Positions 12,324-23,874 are shown, counted from the first letter of the stretch. The stretch: 36,245 bases of DNA from Saprolegnia diclina VS20 (GCF_000281045.1 NW_008246092.1:270853-307097), one strand, 5' to 3'. Made by a program: numbers and translations. The notes: a model not told the origin generated them from the sequence alone.

Positions 12324-14492
12324 CTACAGCACAGCGTGAGAGTACCAAATGACAAAGTCGGACGCGGCGCTCGCCAGCAGATGATCTTTGGCTTTTTGAA
12401 TATAACTCATTTCGGCCTTGGCGACGCCGAGTGCGTCAAACGCCGTGCGATAGGCCTAGACGCCACATGGGTGGCTTGCTCTACAGGCTTGGGACTACCT
12501 TTTTGGCCAGCTGGAGTGCTTGAACGTGGCGACCACGGTCGTCCTCGTTGCCGGCATCGGTTTCGCTGAGCGCCTTGGTCACCGCATCAATTTCACTAGA
12601 AATACTACATAAATGGTCTTCTTTTCAGCAGACAAGTATGTACCTTTTGGCGACGTTGACGTCGTTGGCGCACTGCACGACACGCTTCTTGGCCTTTCGA
12701 AAATTTTGTTTGGCGTCGTCCAGCTGCGTTTGCATGAGCTCCGCGTACTCGCGCTGCAGCTCGTCGTCGGACAAGGGAGTGCAGTCGAGATCGTGTCGGT
12801 TTAGCGGCACATCGTCTTCGTCCTGCGGTTCGTCAGGTGGCGGCGGCTTCGTCTCGACAACGGTCGTCGTTAGCGCCACGTCTCGAAACAGGCGGAGCAT
12901 CGCTCGTATCTGAACGACATTGACGATGGGCAGCTCCAGCGAGGCATCCGCGACATAAGCTTGGATCGCGGCTTTCATTTCGGCCTCGGTCTCAGGGGGT
13001 ATCGCAGCGTCGTACGACACGTGACTCCGACCCGCCAGCGTGTCGTGCAGCGCGAGCTCACTTTTGAGCCGTTTGATTTCATCGACGTACTTTTTGACCG
13101 ACGCCGTCGACGGATCCGCGCTATTGACGACCGCCGACGTCTTGACACGCATCATGCGCGTGGCAAATTTGAGGGTTGCGATCGTCTGGTCGTTCTGGGA
13201 CTCGTCGGGCCAGACGCAAGCCACGAGAAGGGTGCGGCAGTTGCCCCCGAGCGAGTCTTTTCTACGCCAAAGCGTGGTGTTGGCAAGGGATCAATGTTTC
13301 AAGTTGATACAAGAGGTTGGTGAGCGTGGTTTGGCGGTACGGAATGTGCTCGCGCTTCTGGTCGCCCAGCGCAATGACAACTTGTTCCAGAAACGTCAGC
13401 GACTTGTTGATATGCATCGTCTCCTTGAGCATCGTGCCTGTCACTTGGGTCTTCTTCATGCGCTCCGAGCCCTACCCGATGACGACGATGCCGGCGAAGG
13501 TATTTGCGCGAGGGAGACGCACCGCGAGGTCGACGAGGTTGAGTTTGCTTACAACAAGAGGGCTCTTGGTACTGTCATCGGCACTGCGCTTCTCAATGTG
13601 CAAGCTAAAGATGCAATGCGACCTAATCGACAATTTGCGTTATGAAAAGCATTCAAAACTTGAGGTTTCGCACCGCGTCGAGGCGTTGTTGAGGCAGTGC
13701 TCGGCGATCGTGCGGTTCGTGTCGCCTTGAAAGAGCAAGTCCAGCGCCGCCTCTTCTGTCTCGACGAGCGGCTTGGAGAGGCCTTTGACAAAGGTTTGGC
13801 CTACACCCCATTTTTATAGACATGTCGTCGTCACAATGGACGAGATTGTCAACGAACCTTTGTCGTTTTCTTGCACCACCAAGTCGCGCGCCTGGTTCTC
13901 GCCCGCGTTAAAGTCGAGGAGGTCGTAGAGCTGTTCGTTGTAGATCTCAATGTACGAGACACGAACGCTGTAGGTAAAGTCTCTCGCTGCTTGGATAGAT
14001 GCAAAAATGAGGGCGATCGACCGCGCGCAGATGCCTCGGTCCGCAAAGCTCGTTTTGCCACCGCTCTAGACGCTAGTGAGACCACACGTTGTCATCTCGC
14101 GTGGGGTCGTACCATCGTAAATGTCTTGCCCGCGCCGGTTTGCCCATAGGCCATGACGGTGCCTGCGTCATCAATGTTGGCTGCGTACCGCACAGGACAG
14201 AGAGGACAGCACACCGTTGTAGCCGTGCAGGACGCTTTCGGTTGCTTCTCGCGCCGCCCGCTCAAACACTTGCTCTTGGCTCACGCTGCTCGCGAGGACG
14301 TCGTCAAACTTGAAGCACGTGCCATGGCCGCTCGCTGCATCGTGGAGGACGCTGATCGTCTATGTGTTGATGGACATGTTACAATAAGCATATCGAATAA
14401 GAACGTACCTTGTCGGGCTCGCTGACGCGGATGCCAGCGTGGTCCTTGGACGCGGGCCGCACCCGGATGCACACCTTGACGCGCTTGTGCAT
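12324..14492 (-). CDS. KIF9: Kinesin-9 family motor (KIF9/KLP1-like, flagellar)
   Basis: ATG 14492 (MHKRVKVCIRVRP). Motifs AYGQTGAGKTFTM, VSYIEIYNEQLYDLL, NRTIAEHCLNNASTRSH, KLNLVDLAGSER, INKSLTFLEQVVIAL, HIPYRQ, KDSLGGNCRT, LKSELALHDTL. Last exon ends ...SDFVIWYSHAVL with TAG at 12324-12326. Several short introns. Confidence 0.88.
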
Positions 14493-14905
14493 GCCTGACA
14501 AGTCCGCAGCACACCCGACGTTTCGACACGTAACGCTCCCTCCTGCAGCTTAGTTGTTGACTCGAACCATGGTCGTCGTCGCCCAGGCAGCGCGTGCTGG
14601 CGATGACTCGATTTGCACGTTTACAGGTCTGGGGTTAAGGGGTTAAGAGTACGGCGAAGGGTTGGATGCCTGTCGCTGACAGCTACATTGCGAGGTGTGC
14701 AGCACCGACGCACGCCATTGCTTCTGGGACCAGCGCAATTAGGAATACGAACTCTCTGGACGAGCAGCGGTGTACGCCGTAATGGTGACCTTCAGGCCTG
14801 GCATGCCTGCTTGACCTTGACGGCAACTTGGCCGTGCAGCGACTTGAATTGCTGCGTTTTGATTGGTCCATTTGCTGCCGCAACATTATTGGCATCAAGC
14901 GCAAC
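14493..14905. promoter_or_regulatory. Divergent promoter between kinesin-9 and the RNA methyltransferase
   Basis: Head-to-head ATGs at 14492 (-) and 14906 (+); GATTGG near 14861; near-palindrome GTCGCCCAGGCAGC at 14578-14591. Confidence 0.55.
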
Positions 14906-16484
14906 ATGCTCCGACGCCTCTCGACCGACGTGCGCCGGAAGCTCAAGGCGCGGCAGCTCGTCGACGTGGTACTCCCTGCTGGTTGCTATGTGGCGATGAT
15001 GAGATATCGCTGCTGGTAGACGATCGAGTCGCTCGACATCCACGGGCTCGGCGTCGGGAAGGACGCGGCGACCGGCCTCCTGTGCGCGGTCAATGGCGCG
15101 ATTCCAGGCCAGCACATCAAGGGCCGCGTGCTCCAAGACAGGTAGAGGCAACTTCACCGCGTGTATAGTGTCTGTATCGCAGCGCAATCGTAGCGTCGTG
15201 CCTGCCCGCGTGGCGCAGATGGAGCTGGTCGCCCAGAGCCCGGACTTTGTCGCGCCCGTCTGCTCTGTTTTCGACAACTGTGGCGGCTGCAAAACTCAAC
15301 ACTACCCGTACGCCAAGCAAGTGGCCGCCAAGCAAGCGGCGATTCAAACGACGCTGGGTACGTCGGACGTCGCGCCCATGGCGCGTGCCACGTCTGCGTT
15401 TGGCTACCGCAACAAGATGGAGTTTACGTACAGCGCGGGTCGCTGGCTCACGCTGCTCGATACGGTGCAGGATACACACCAAGCGACGCTCGGACTCTTC
15501 CCCAAGTCGAAAGGAGCGCGGCGCTGGGACGGCCGCGTCGTGGCCATCGACCATTGCGCGCTACAGTCGGACGTCGGGAACCGCCTCGTGACGACCCTTT
15601 GGCGCGTCTGTCGTGCGTTGCCAGCGTACGATTACCTCAAACACACGGGGTTTCTTCGCCACCTCGTCGTCCGCGTCGGGTCGACGCTCGGTGGTAGCAC
15701 AGAAGTGCTCCTCGGTCTCGGCACGGCAACGATCGACGACGATACGGCACCGGCCGTCGCAGCCGTCGTCGACGCACTGCTCGCAACCGCTGACAACGCC
15801 TCGAACATTGTGTCGGTCGTTCAGTTTATGGACGATGAAATGGTGCGTCGGTTCCGCAAGCGCCACGACGGACAGCGACCGCGTGAGACGCACCGCGTCG
15901 TACACGGCCGGTCGTTTATGAAGGACACGATTCTGCACAAGGAGTTTCGCGTCTCGCTGCAGTCATTCTTTCAGCCCAACACGGCCATGGCGTCCGTGCT
16001 CTACGCGCACGTGGCCGGCGCGCTGCAAGCCCGGTCGACGCCGCCGGTGGTCTGGGACCTCTTTTGCGGCGTCGGCTCGATTGGGATTTGCGTGGCCGAC
16101 CACTGCGCCCACGTGGTAGGCATTGATGTCGTACCAGACGCCATTATCGACGCCCGCGCCAACGCCGAGGACAATGGCGTTGCTGAAAAGATGTCGTTTC
16201 TGTGCAGAGACGTCCTAGCCGACGGCATCCCCGACGGCCTTCCGCACCCCGACGTGGTCATCGTCGACCCGCCGCGCGCCGGGCTCAACGCCGAGCTCAT
16301 TTCGTTCTTGACGTCGACCGTGGCGCCGGACGAGATCATCTACGTGTCGTGCAACGTGGTGAGCCAGGCGCGCGACCTCGAGAAGCTCCTCGCGGCCGGC
16401 TACAGCGCCTCGCTCATCCAGCCCGTCGACATGCTGCCGCACACGCCGCACGTCGAAAACATTGTCGTCTTGCGGAAAGCATAG
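14906..16484 (+). CDS. RNA (uracil-5)-methyltransferase, RlmD/TrmA family with TRAM-like N-terminus and 4Fe-4S motif, about 491 aa, probably mitochondrial
   Basis: Introns 14969-15019 and 15142-15193. Motifs TIESLDIHGLGVG, CSVFDNCGGCKTQH, GYRNKMEF, SFFQPN, WDLFCGVGSIG, VDPPRAG, YVSCN, VDMLPHTPHVE. N-terminus MLRRLS looks like a presequence. Confidence 0.9.
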
Positions 16485-17010
16485 CGTTCGAATTTTGCTT
16501 CGAAATTTACGTGAAAATTCATTTCGCACGTGTAAAATCGCCAGCAAACGCCCCGAGCCGCCGCGAAGGTCGGCATGTTCTCACTGGGCCTGCTGGGATG
16601 CATAGCAATAACGCATCTTAACGAATCCACCGTAGTCCTTGCTGCGGGCACCGTAGCTAGCTGTCAATGTAGCCAACGCAGAGCCCGGAGGGAATACCGC
16701 GAAAAATTTGTGTGCAGGAGTGAAGTTGGCGCAACGCTCTTAGCTGCCTGTAGCTGCCTATGTTGGCCCAGGCCTCAACCGGAGACGCTCACATCCGCTA
16801 CTCTAGCGCTTAGAGACGCCTCTCGTGCTAAATCTGAGAGGTTATCCTTTTGCATATACTGTACTAGTAGGGTGCTTGCTCGAGCCTCACTTGGTGCGTG
16901 ATTATACTCGCGGAAAAACACACGGTGTAAAATCACACGGTGAAAATCCCGATCCTTCGGGCAACGTTTTGCGTGGAAGTCAGGCGTCGTCGTCGTCATT
17001 CTCACAGTAC

Positions 17011-19129
17011 ATGCGCCCGACGCACCTCCGACGCAGCATGGCATCGATCTCAGACCCGCTGATCAAGGTTCACCTCTCGCTCGAGCACACGGCGGCGCGC
17101 GACGGCAGCGGCTTCCGCGTTGAGCGCGACGAGAGCGTCGACCCGCGCAAGCCACGGGCAAAGGTGCCCGGCGCGTCGTTCACCAAGGCCATTTGCACGC
17201 CGCTGCCACAGCCCAAGCTCGTGTGCATTGCACCTAGCGCGCTTCAGTTGCTGCAGCCAGCAGACGCGCCGCCGATCGCCAAGCTCAGCGACGACGAGAA
17301 GACATCGTGGCTGCATCTCATTGCTGGCACAGGGTCGCTCGAAGGCCTCGCGCACTGCTACGCAGGGCATCAGTTTGGCCACTTTTCCGGCCAGCTCGGC
17401 GACGGCGCTGCGATTCTCCTCGGCGGCGTGCCCGGCTATGAGGCGCAGCTCAAGGGCGCGGGCCTGACAAACTACTCGCGCACGGCCGACGGGCGCAAGG
17501 TGCTGCGCTCGACGCTGCGCGAGTTCTTGGCCAGCGAGCACATGCACGCGCTAGGTATCCCAACGACACGCGCGGGCGGCGTCGCGGTCTCGACGTCCGA
17601 GACGGTCCTTCGCGACAAATTCTACGACGGCAACGCCAGCCACGGTACGCACTGCCTCTTGCACGCTCTCTGCATTCACTGACATCATGCAGAGCCCGTC
17701 GCCACCGTCTTGCGCATTGCCGAGACCTTTATTCGGTTTGGCTCGTTCGAGCTCTTCAAGCCAGTGGACGCGACGACGGGTCGGAGCGGTCCGAGCGCCG
17801 ATCTGCCCACGGTGCTTGGTCCATCTCCTCCTCTTGTATCCTCATCGACCATTGTAGGACACTAAAGAGGCCACGCTGCGCGCCATGGTATCGTTCGTGG
17901 CCGAGACGTACTATGGACTATCGCCCGAGATGGCTTTTGAGGACAAAACGCAAGCTTTCCTGCAAGCGCTCTGCGAGCGCACGGCGCGGCTCGTGGCCAA
18001 GTACGTCAAACTCTCTTCCTGTGACGACACGAAATGGCTCTAGGTGGCAAGCAGTCGGCTTTTGCCATGGCGTACTCAACACGGACAACATGAGCATCGT
18101 GGGTGATACGCTCGACTATGGCCCGTACGGCTTTATGGAGCATTTCGACCCGCAGCACATTTGCAACACGTCCGACTCGTCGGGTCGGTACGCCTACGCG
18201 GAGCAGCCCGAGGTACCTACCTCGTCCCATCCTCGCAGAGGATTGTTGAGCTGGCTCTAGATTTGCAAGTGGAACCTTCACAACCTGGTGTCGCAGCTGA
18301 CGCACTTGCTGCCGCCGCCGATGCTGGACGCGCTCCACGCGCTCGTCGAGGCGACGTTTGACGAGGTGTACGCTACCGAATTCTCCGCCCTCGTGCACGC
18401 CAAGCTCGGGCTGCTGGCCGACGGGACGTCGCGCGAGGTCATTGGTGCGTGGTGGTCGACGCTCACCGAAACGCGCGCCGACTTCACCTGCGCCTTCCGG
18501 GCCCTCTCGCAGCTTCGCACGGCCGACGCCGCGACGACCGACGACGTCGTTGAAGGCCTCACAAGTGTGTCGCACACGCTGGCGCAAACCAAGGCAGCCC
18601 GCGCACCGAGCGTGTCGCCCGCGCAGCTTGTGCACCTGCGGGATCTGCTCGAGAAGAGCCCGGCGCGCGCCGCACAGTACGGCATCGACGCCGAGGTTGC
18701 TGAACGTAGCAGCAGCCGCATTCTCTTATCTGTCGCCTGTGTTAGGTGCTCGCCAAACTCCAAGAGGACATCACCGCGTACTCGAAGTTGCTCACGAGCG
18801 ACTGGACGGACGCGTCGTTCCGGGACGTGCAGGCCGCCAAGTGGCGCGCGTGGGTAGATGCGTATGCGGCGCTGCTCGTGCAACAAAACTCGGCGTCGGA
18901 CGACGACCGGCACCGGGCCATGAACGCGGTCAACCCCAAGTTTACGCTCCGCAACCATGTGGCGCAGGCGGTGATCGAGGCGGCCGAGCGCGATGACGAC
19001 GCATCGGTGCAACACATTCTGCACCTGCTCCTCCACCCCTTTGAGGACGGTCTCTCGTGCGACAGCGCGCTGTACGCGACACCATTGGACCCGAGCGCCC
19101 CGCCGCTCATGGTGTCGTGCTCGTCGTAA
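17011..19129 (+). CDS. selO: Protein adenylyltransferase SelO (YdiU family), Cys-containing homolog
   Basis: About five short introns (first 17645-17692). Motifs [84 protein letters not shown]; ends MVSCSS. Start is ATG 17011 or 17038. Confidence 0.93.
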
Positions 19130-19197
19130 GTGGAAGAGAAGTTGGAGGTCCTCGCTTGAATTAAGGAAATACTGTCTCGTGTTGCAGCTGTTTACGT

Positions 19198-20582
19198 TTA
19201 GGACAACGGAAGAAGCACTTGGGGCTTGAAGAGCGATGGCTGCACCACCTTGGTGGGCACGAGCTGGCCGTTGGCTTGGAGCAGGAACGTCTCGAACGTG
19301 TTGGTGTTCTCCTCGCCGACGATCACCGTGTTGTTGGCGCCAAGGGCAAAGTCCCGCGCGCCCGCCCAAGCTTTTAGAACGTAGTCACCGATCGGTTTGA
19401 GGTCGGCGTCAAACACGGCGATGCTGTCGCCCGGTGTCGACCCGCCGTACCGGTTCGTAACGAGGACGTAGCGGCCGTCGGCCGTGATGCGAATCGCACC
19501 CGTGAGAACACCCGCGACCTGCGTCGTCTTGACGGCTTTCGCCAAGGTCAGGAGCCCCGACGTGGACGCATAGCTGAAGCGAAGCACTTGGTTGCTGCGC
19601 TCGGTCACCAAGTAGAGCTGCTGGTTGTTGGGGTGGAACGCCATATGACGTGGCAGCGCGCCCGGGCTGACAGTTACAAACGCTGGCGAGTTGGCGGTGA
19701 GCGCGCCCGTCGTCGGGTTAAACTTGAACTGCATGATCTTGTCGTTGCCGAGGTCCGTGACAAACCTAGAAGTCTAAGTCCACATTTCCGGACACGAGCA
19801 GCGTACGCATAATTGTTGTCGGGGCTCAGCGTGACGCAGTGCGCGTGCGAGCTATCTTGACGCCCCGGCACGACGCGCGCGGCGCCGGGAAAGACCACCT
19901 GGCTCACAATGCGGTTGGCCACCTTGGTTGCAGGATCGATCGCCAGCACCTACGCACCGCAGCTGTTCTTCCAGAGGCTTTGACGAGACGAAGGACGCAC
20001 CGTAATGCTACCGACCGTGTAGCTCGCAACGAGCGCAAAGCGTTGATTCGATGTCACAGCGATGTGCACGGGACCCTGCGAGTTAGTCGCCATCGCGCCA
20101 AGGCGCTTGAGCGTTGGTGACGCGCCGCTGCGGTCGATCGCAAACGAAACAATCTGTCCGGCTGTGACCTCGTTCGTGACGTACAAGTAGTTCTTATCTT
20201 GCGTGAGCGCCATGTACGTGGGCATGTTGCCCGTCAGCGTGCTCGAGACGGAGAAAAGCTGCTGGAGCGGCGATTTACTCGCATCGTAGACCGTGATACC
20301 CGGCGAGGAGGCCTTGGAGCCATCGGTTTGCGCACCAACAAGCAACAACGACATTGGTTTCGGTGTCGGTGTCGGTGCTGGTGTCGGTGCCGGTGCCAGT
20401 GGCTTGGGCGCCATTGGTGCTGCCACCTGTGGCTTGGGGGTTGTCGGCGCTGGTGTTGCCGCAAACAGCTCAAACTCGAGCGCGGTTGGCGTCGTCGGTG
20501 TCGACGTGGTCGTCGGTGTCGGTGTGGAACCCGCCGTCGTGGCGACGCACAGAGCGAAAAGGTACAACACCGATGTCTTCAT
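19198..20582 (-). CDS. Secreted 7-bladed beta-propeller lactonase (Pgl/YbhE, cycloisomerase-2 family) with Thr/Pro-rich N-terminal linker; paralog 1
   Basis: Signal peptide MKTSVLYLFALCVATTA; introns 19950-20000 and 19766-19806. Motifs RQDSSHAHCV, VTDLGNDKI, GALPRHMAFHP, YVLVTNR, GARDFAL. Confidence 0.88.
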
Positions 20583-21325
20583 CCCAGGTAGTTAGCAAAT
20601 CGCAGAGTGAGGAGCGCAGGCCATGCTGCCCATCACCACGACGCTCCTCGTTCTCCGTTTTCAACGGTTCAGCGCCTGAGACGCATTACGCATGGAAATG
20701 GCGAGTCTCCTCCGTCCAGTCGACAGTGCTTAATACATTATCGACCCATTTATTGACCCTACTAGTACGTGATACCATGTACCCCTCGCAGGTATCTTTG
20801 CATCCTACGTATATTACGTCGAGCGAGCGTTGTTGCACGATACACCTACTGAAGAGCTATAGCTCACCGCCGCCAAAGCGCGCCCAGAGAAAGGGCTCGA
20901 GCGCGGACGGCGATGTGCCGGCTTTCACGCCTGGACTGCTGGTCCTTGTGAGCTGCACGCACGAGTGGCAAGCCGATGGGCTCAGGGACTGGAGGGTGCA
21001 GTGATATTTCCGGCAAAAACATGGCAAATTTCCGTTTCGACGTCTGAAACCACACTTTCACGTGCGATTGAACACACAGGAAGAATATGATAGGGACGAT
21101 TCCACACAAATGGCAACAGTGCAGAAGGACAAGCAAGATGGAAAGCTCCGCCGAAGAGACCCCAGTCCTGAAGTTCATCGTGGGCCAAGTTGCCATCAGG
21201 AGAAATGCCACTCTCGACGCTTGCGGGCGCCAAGATACTCCTGTTTGCCCCAACATGTGCGGTGAAATGCTTTGAGCTTTGGCAGACACATACCGGTAGA
21301 AGCACATACAGACTTGTGGACAATA

Positions 21326-22520
21326 TTAGTACGGCAATAGCACCTGCGGCTTGAAGAGGGCGGTTGCTTGTCCTTGGTGGTGCGTCAGCTGACCGTTTGC
21401 GTGCAGTGTAAAGCTGTCGATGCTGTTGGTGTTTTCATTCCCGACAAACACCGTGCCATTGGCAATCGTAAAGTCCCGGGGCGCGCCCGAAGCTTGGGTC
21501 GGGTACGACCCGATGCGCTTGGTCAGGTCGGCGCTGAAGACGACGAGACTGTCGTCGTTGCCCCACCGGTTGGACACGAGCACGTGCTTCCCGCTCGGCG
21601 CCACATGCAGCGCGCCAGTAAAGACACCACTCGCTTTCGTCGTCGTCTTGACCGACTTCTTCTGCCGCAAGGTGCCGGACGTTGCGTTGAACTGGAATTG
21701 AATGAGCTCGTTCGACTGCTCGGTGTTGAGGTAAAGATCGCGTCCGTTCGGGTGAAACGCCAAATGACGTGGCAGCGCGCCACGCCCGAGAGCCACGAAC
21801 GCCGGCGCGTTGGGCGTGAGCTTGCCGCTCGCGGCATCAAACTTGAACTGCATGATCTTGTCGTTGCCGAGGTCCGTGACGAAGCTAGTAGCCCACTCAT
21901 GATAAGACAATATATCAATGAAGCAAGCACAACGTACGCAAACTTGTTGTCGGGACTCAGGGCCACACAATGTGCGTGCGGTCCGTCTTGACGACCCGGC
22001 ACGACGTGGGCACCGCCTTCGAAGGTCACTTGGTCAACGACAGAGTTAGCAAAGCCGTTGCCATCGACGCCAAGCACCTACATTGCGTTTACATAGAGTG
22101 AGACGAGAGGTCGCGTACCGTGATGCTGCCGACCGAGTAGCTGGCGACAAGAAGAAAACGACCTGATTTGGTCACAGTGACGTGCACGGGTCCCTTGGAC
22201 TTGGTGGGTGCCGTCCCGAGGGCCTTGAGCTCGACACTGTCGCCCGCGCGCGCAATGCGAAACGACGTGACGGAGCCGGCGTCGATCTCGTTGGTCAGGT
22301 ACAGGAACTGGCTGTCGTGCGAGACTGCCATATATGTGGGCATCTCGCCCGTGGTCGTCGTCGTCTCATGCAGGAGCTTCCGAAGACGACCGTTTTCGTT
22401 GGCAAACACCGAGAGACCGACCGATGACGTCGGCGACGTCTGGCTGCCGACAAAGAGGAGCGAGCTCTGAACGACCGTTGCGACAAGCGCCAGAAGGCTG
22501 AGAACGAGCGTTGGCTTCAT
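21326..22520 (-). CDS. Secreted beta-propeller lactonase; paralog 2 (no Thr/Pro linker)
   Basis: Signal peptide MKPTLVLSLLALVATVVQS; introns 22078-22118 and 21885-21937 at the same positions and phases as paralog 1. Motifs RQDGPHAHCV, VTDLGNDKI, GALPRHLAFHP, VSNRWG, APRDF. Confidence 0.88.
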
Positions 22521-23874
22521 GGCAAACTGAAATGTGAGCTGCAAAATGTGAAAAGCAGCAATTGGGAAAAGGTGCGGTGGTGGATCGAGCCAGCGTGATA
22601 CGCTTCGTCGATAGCATCCGGATACGAACTAAGCTTACACCGCGCACAGTTCCGAGGGTGTGCTTCGTCCAACGTTCGAACGTGTCGGGAACACAGCTGC
22701 CGCCGCGCCGTGATGTTCGAGTGAGATTTCGCACCTTGGCGAACGACGCACTAGGCCTAACAAACGCTACTCCGTACAGCTAGCGTCGCATTCGTCACCT
22801 CCGTTTTTAAGGTTGTCGGTTTTAGCGAAGACGTTTGTTGGCGGAAGCGCAAGTCCGTAGAATACACTAGGAGTTCATTTCACATGAGCCGAGGCTATAG
22901 GAGCACCACTTCGTGCTTCCATGGTGCAGACCATTTTGGGAGTGCACGACTGCAGCGGCCAAGAGAGATGAATGAGCCAATCCCTTGGTGCTTTTCGACA
23001 GTACAGTGCGCTGATTGGCCCCGTAAAAGCTCCAATCACCCTCCGTATCAAGTTGATACCCAGACGGAGTACTGTGGGGAATCTCGACTCGGGATACGCG
23101 CGGGATGCGTGGCAATGTCGCGTCTTTTGAGCACAGCGAAGCCCTGCGACTACCTGCTGAGAGGCCTCTAGTTTCATCGGGCTGCGCCTGAATGCGCAGC
23201 CGGCCCATTGCCATAAATAAAACCGCAGAGTCGTCGTCGATGACCTAAGCAAGCGGAATCTGCTTGGATGGAGTTTTTTGGACCGTGACGGGTTGCAAGG
23301 CCTTGCCACTGCGAGGGTATTGTGATTCGAGTGGGTGCGTCGGTGCTGCAGACTGTAGCGACTCGGGCTTTCTCATCGTGTCTGCTTGTTTGAGCAGGAC
23401 CTCCAACAACCGGATACCTCGGCAGTTGAAATATTTCGCGACAACTTCGACAACTTGGTGCTCAAGTCGCCTCGACGACCATTTTTGGACAAGGGCTCGC
23501 GCGTAATTCGCTCTCGTGAAGGTGCCATGTGCAGTGGCAACAAAGCGCAACACGACGAGGCGCTGCATCAGGCAGACGTTGACCAGTCCACGGTTGCCGA
23601 ACATTCCTTTTGCCGCTCGTAAATGAGCCTGACCTGAGCTGAGAAGCGCCGTTGAATAATGGTATTCGTCCACGGATTCGGCGCCGCAGCCACTATCAAC
23701 GCTATATCACTGTGCAGCACTGCAAAGTCCATACGCATTACGCCAAATAGTCGCATCTGTTTGACGCCGGCCACACGCTTCGCCTCGTCGAAACGCGCTC
23801 GCGAATTAACGGCCGGTCCAAAATAGGTCGCAAAACCACTTGGCAGCAAGGGACGCTTGTATCGGTTTTCTGGG

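Noticed and set aside
14631..14647. GGGGTTAAGGGGTTAAG, telomere-like
   Set aside because: Only two units and not the TTTAGGG oomycete repeat; too short to call an interstitial telomere.
18278..19197. 363 aa minus-strand ORF overlapping SelO
   Set aside because: Antisense to well-supported SelO exons and off-frame in the lactonase 3' end; no motifs.
20354..20530. GGTGTC/GGTGCT periodic repeats
   Set aside because: Explained as the coding Thr-Pro/Ala-Pro linker of lactonase paralog 1; not a CRISPR array or independent repeat.
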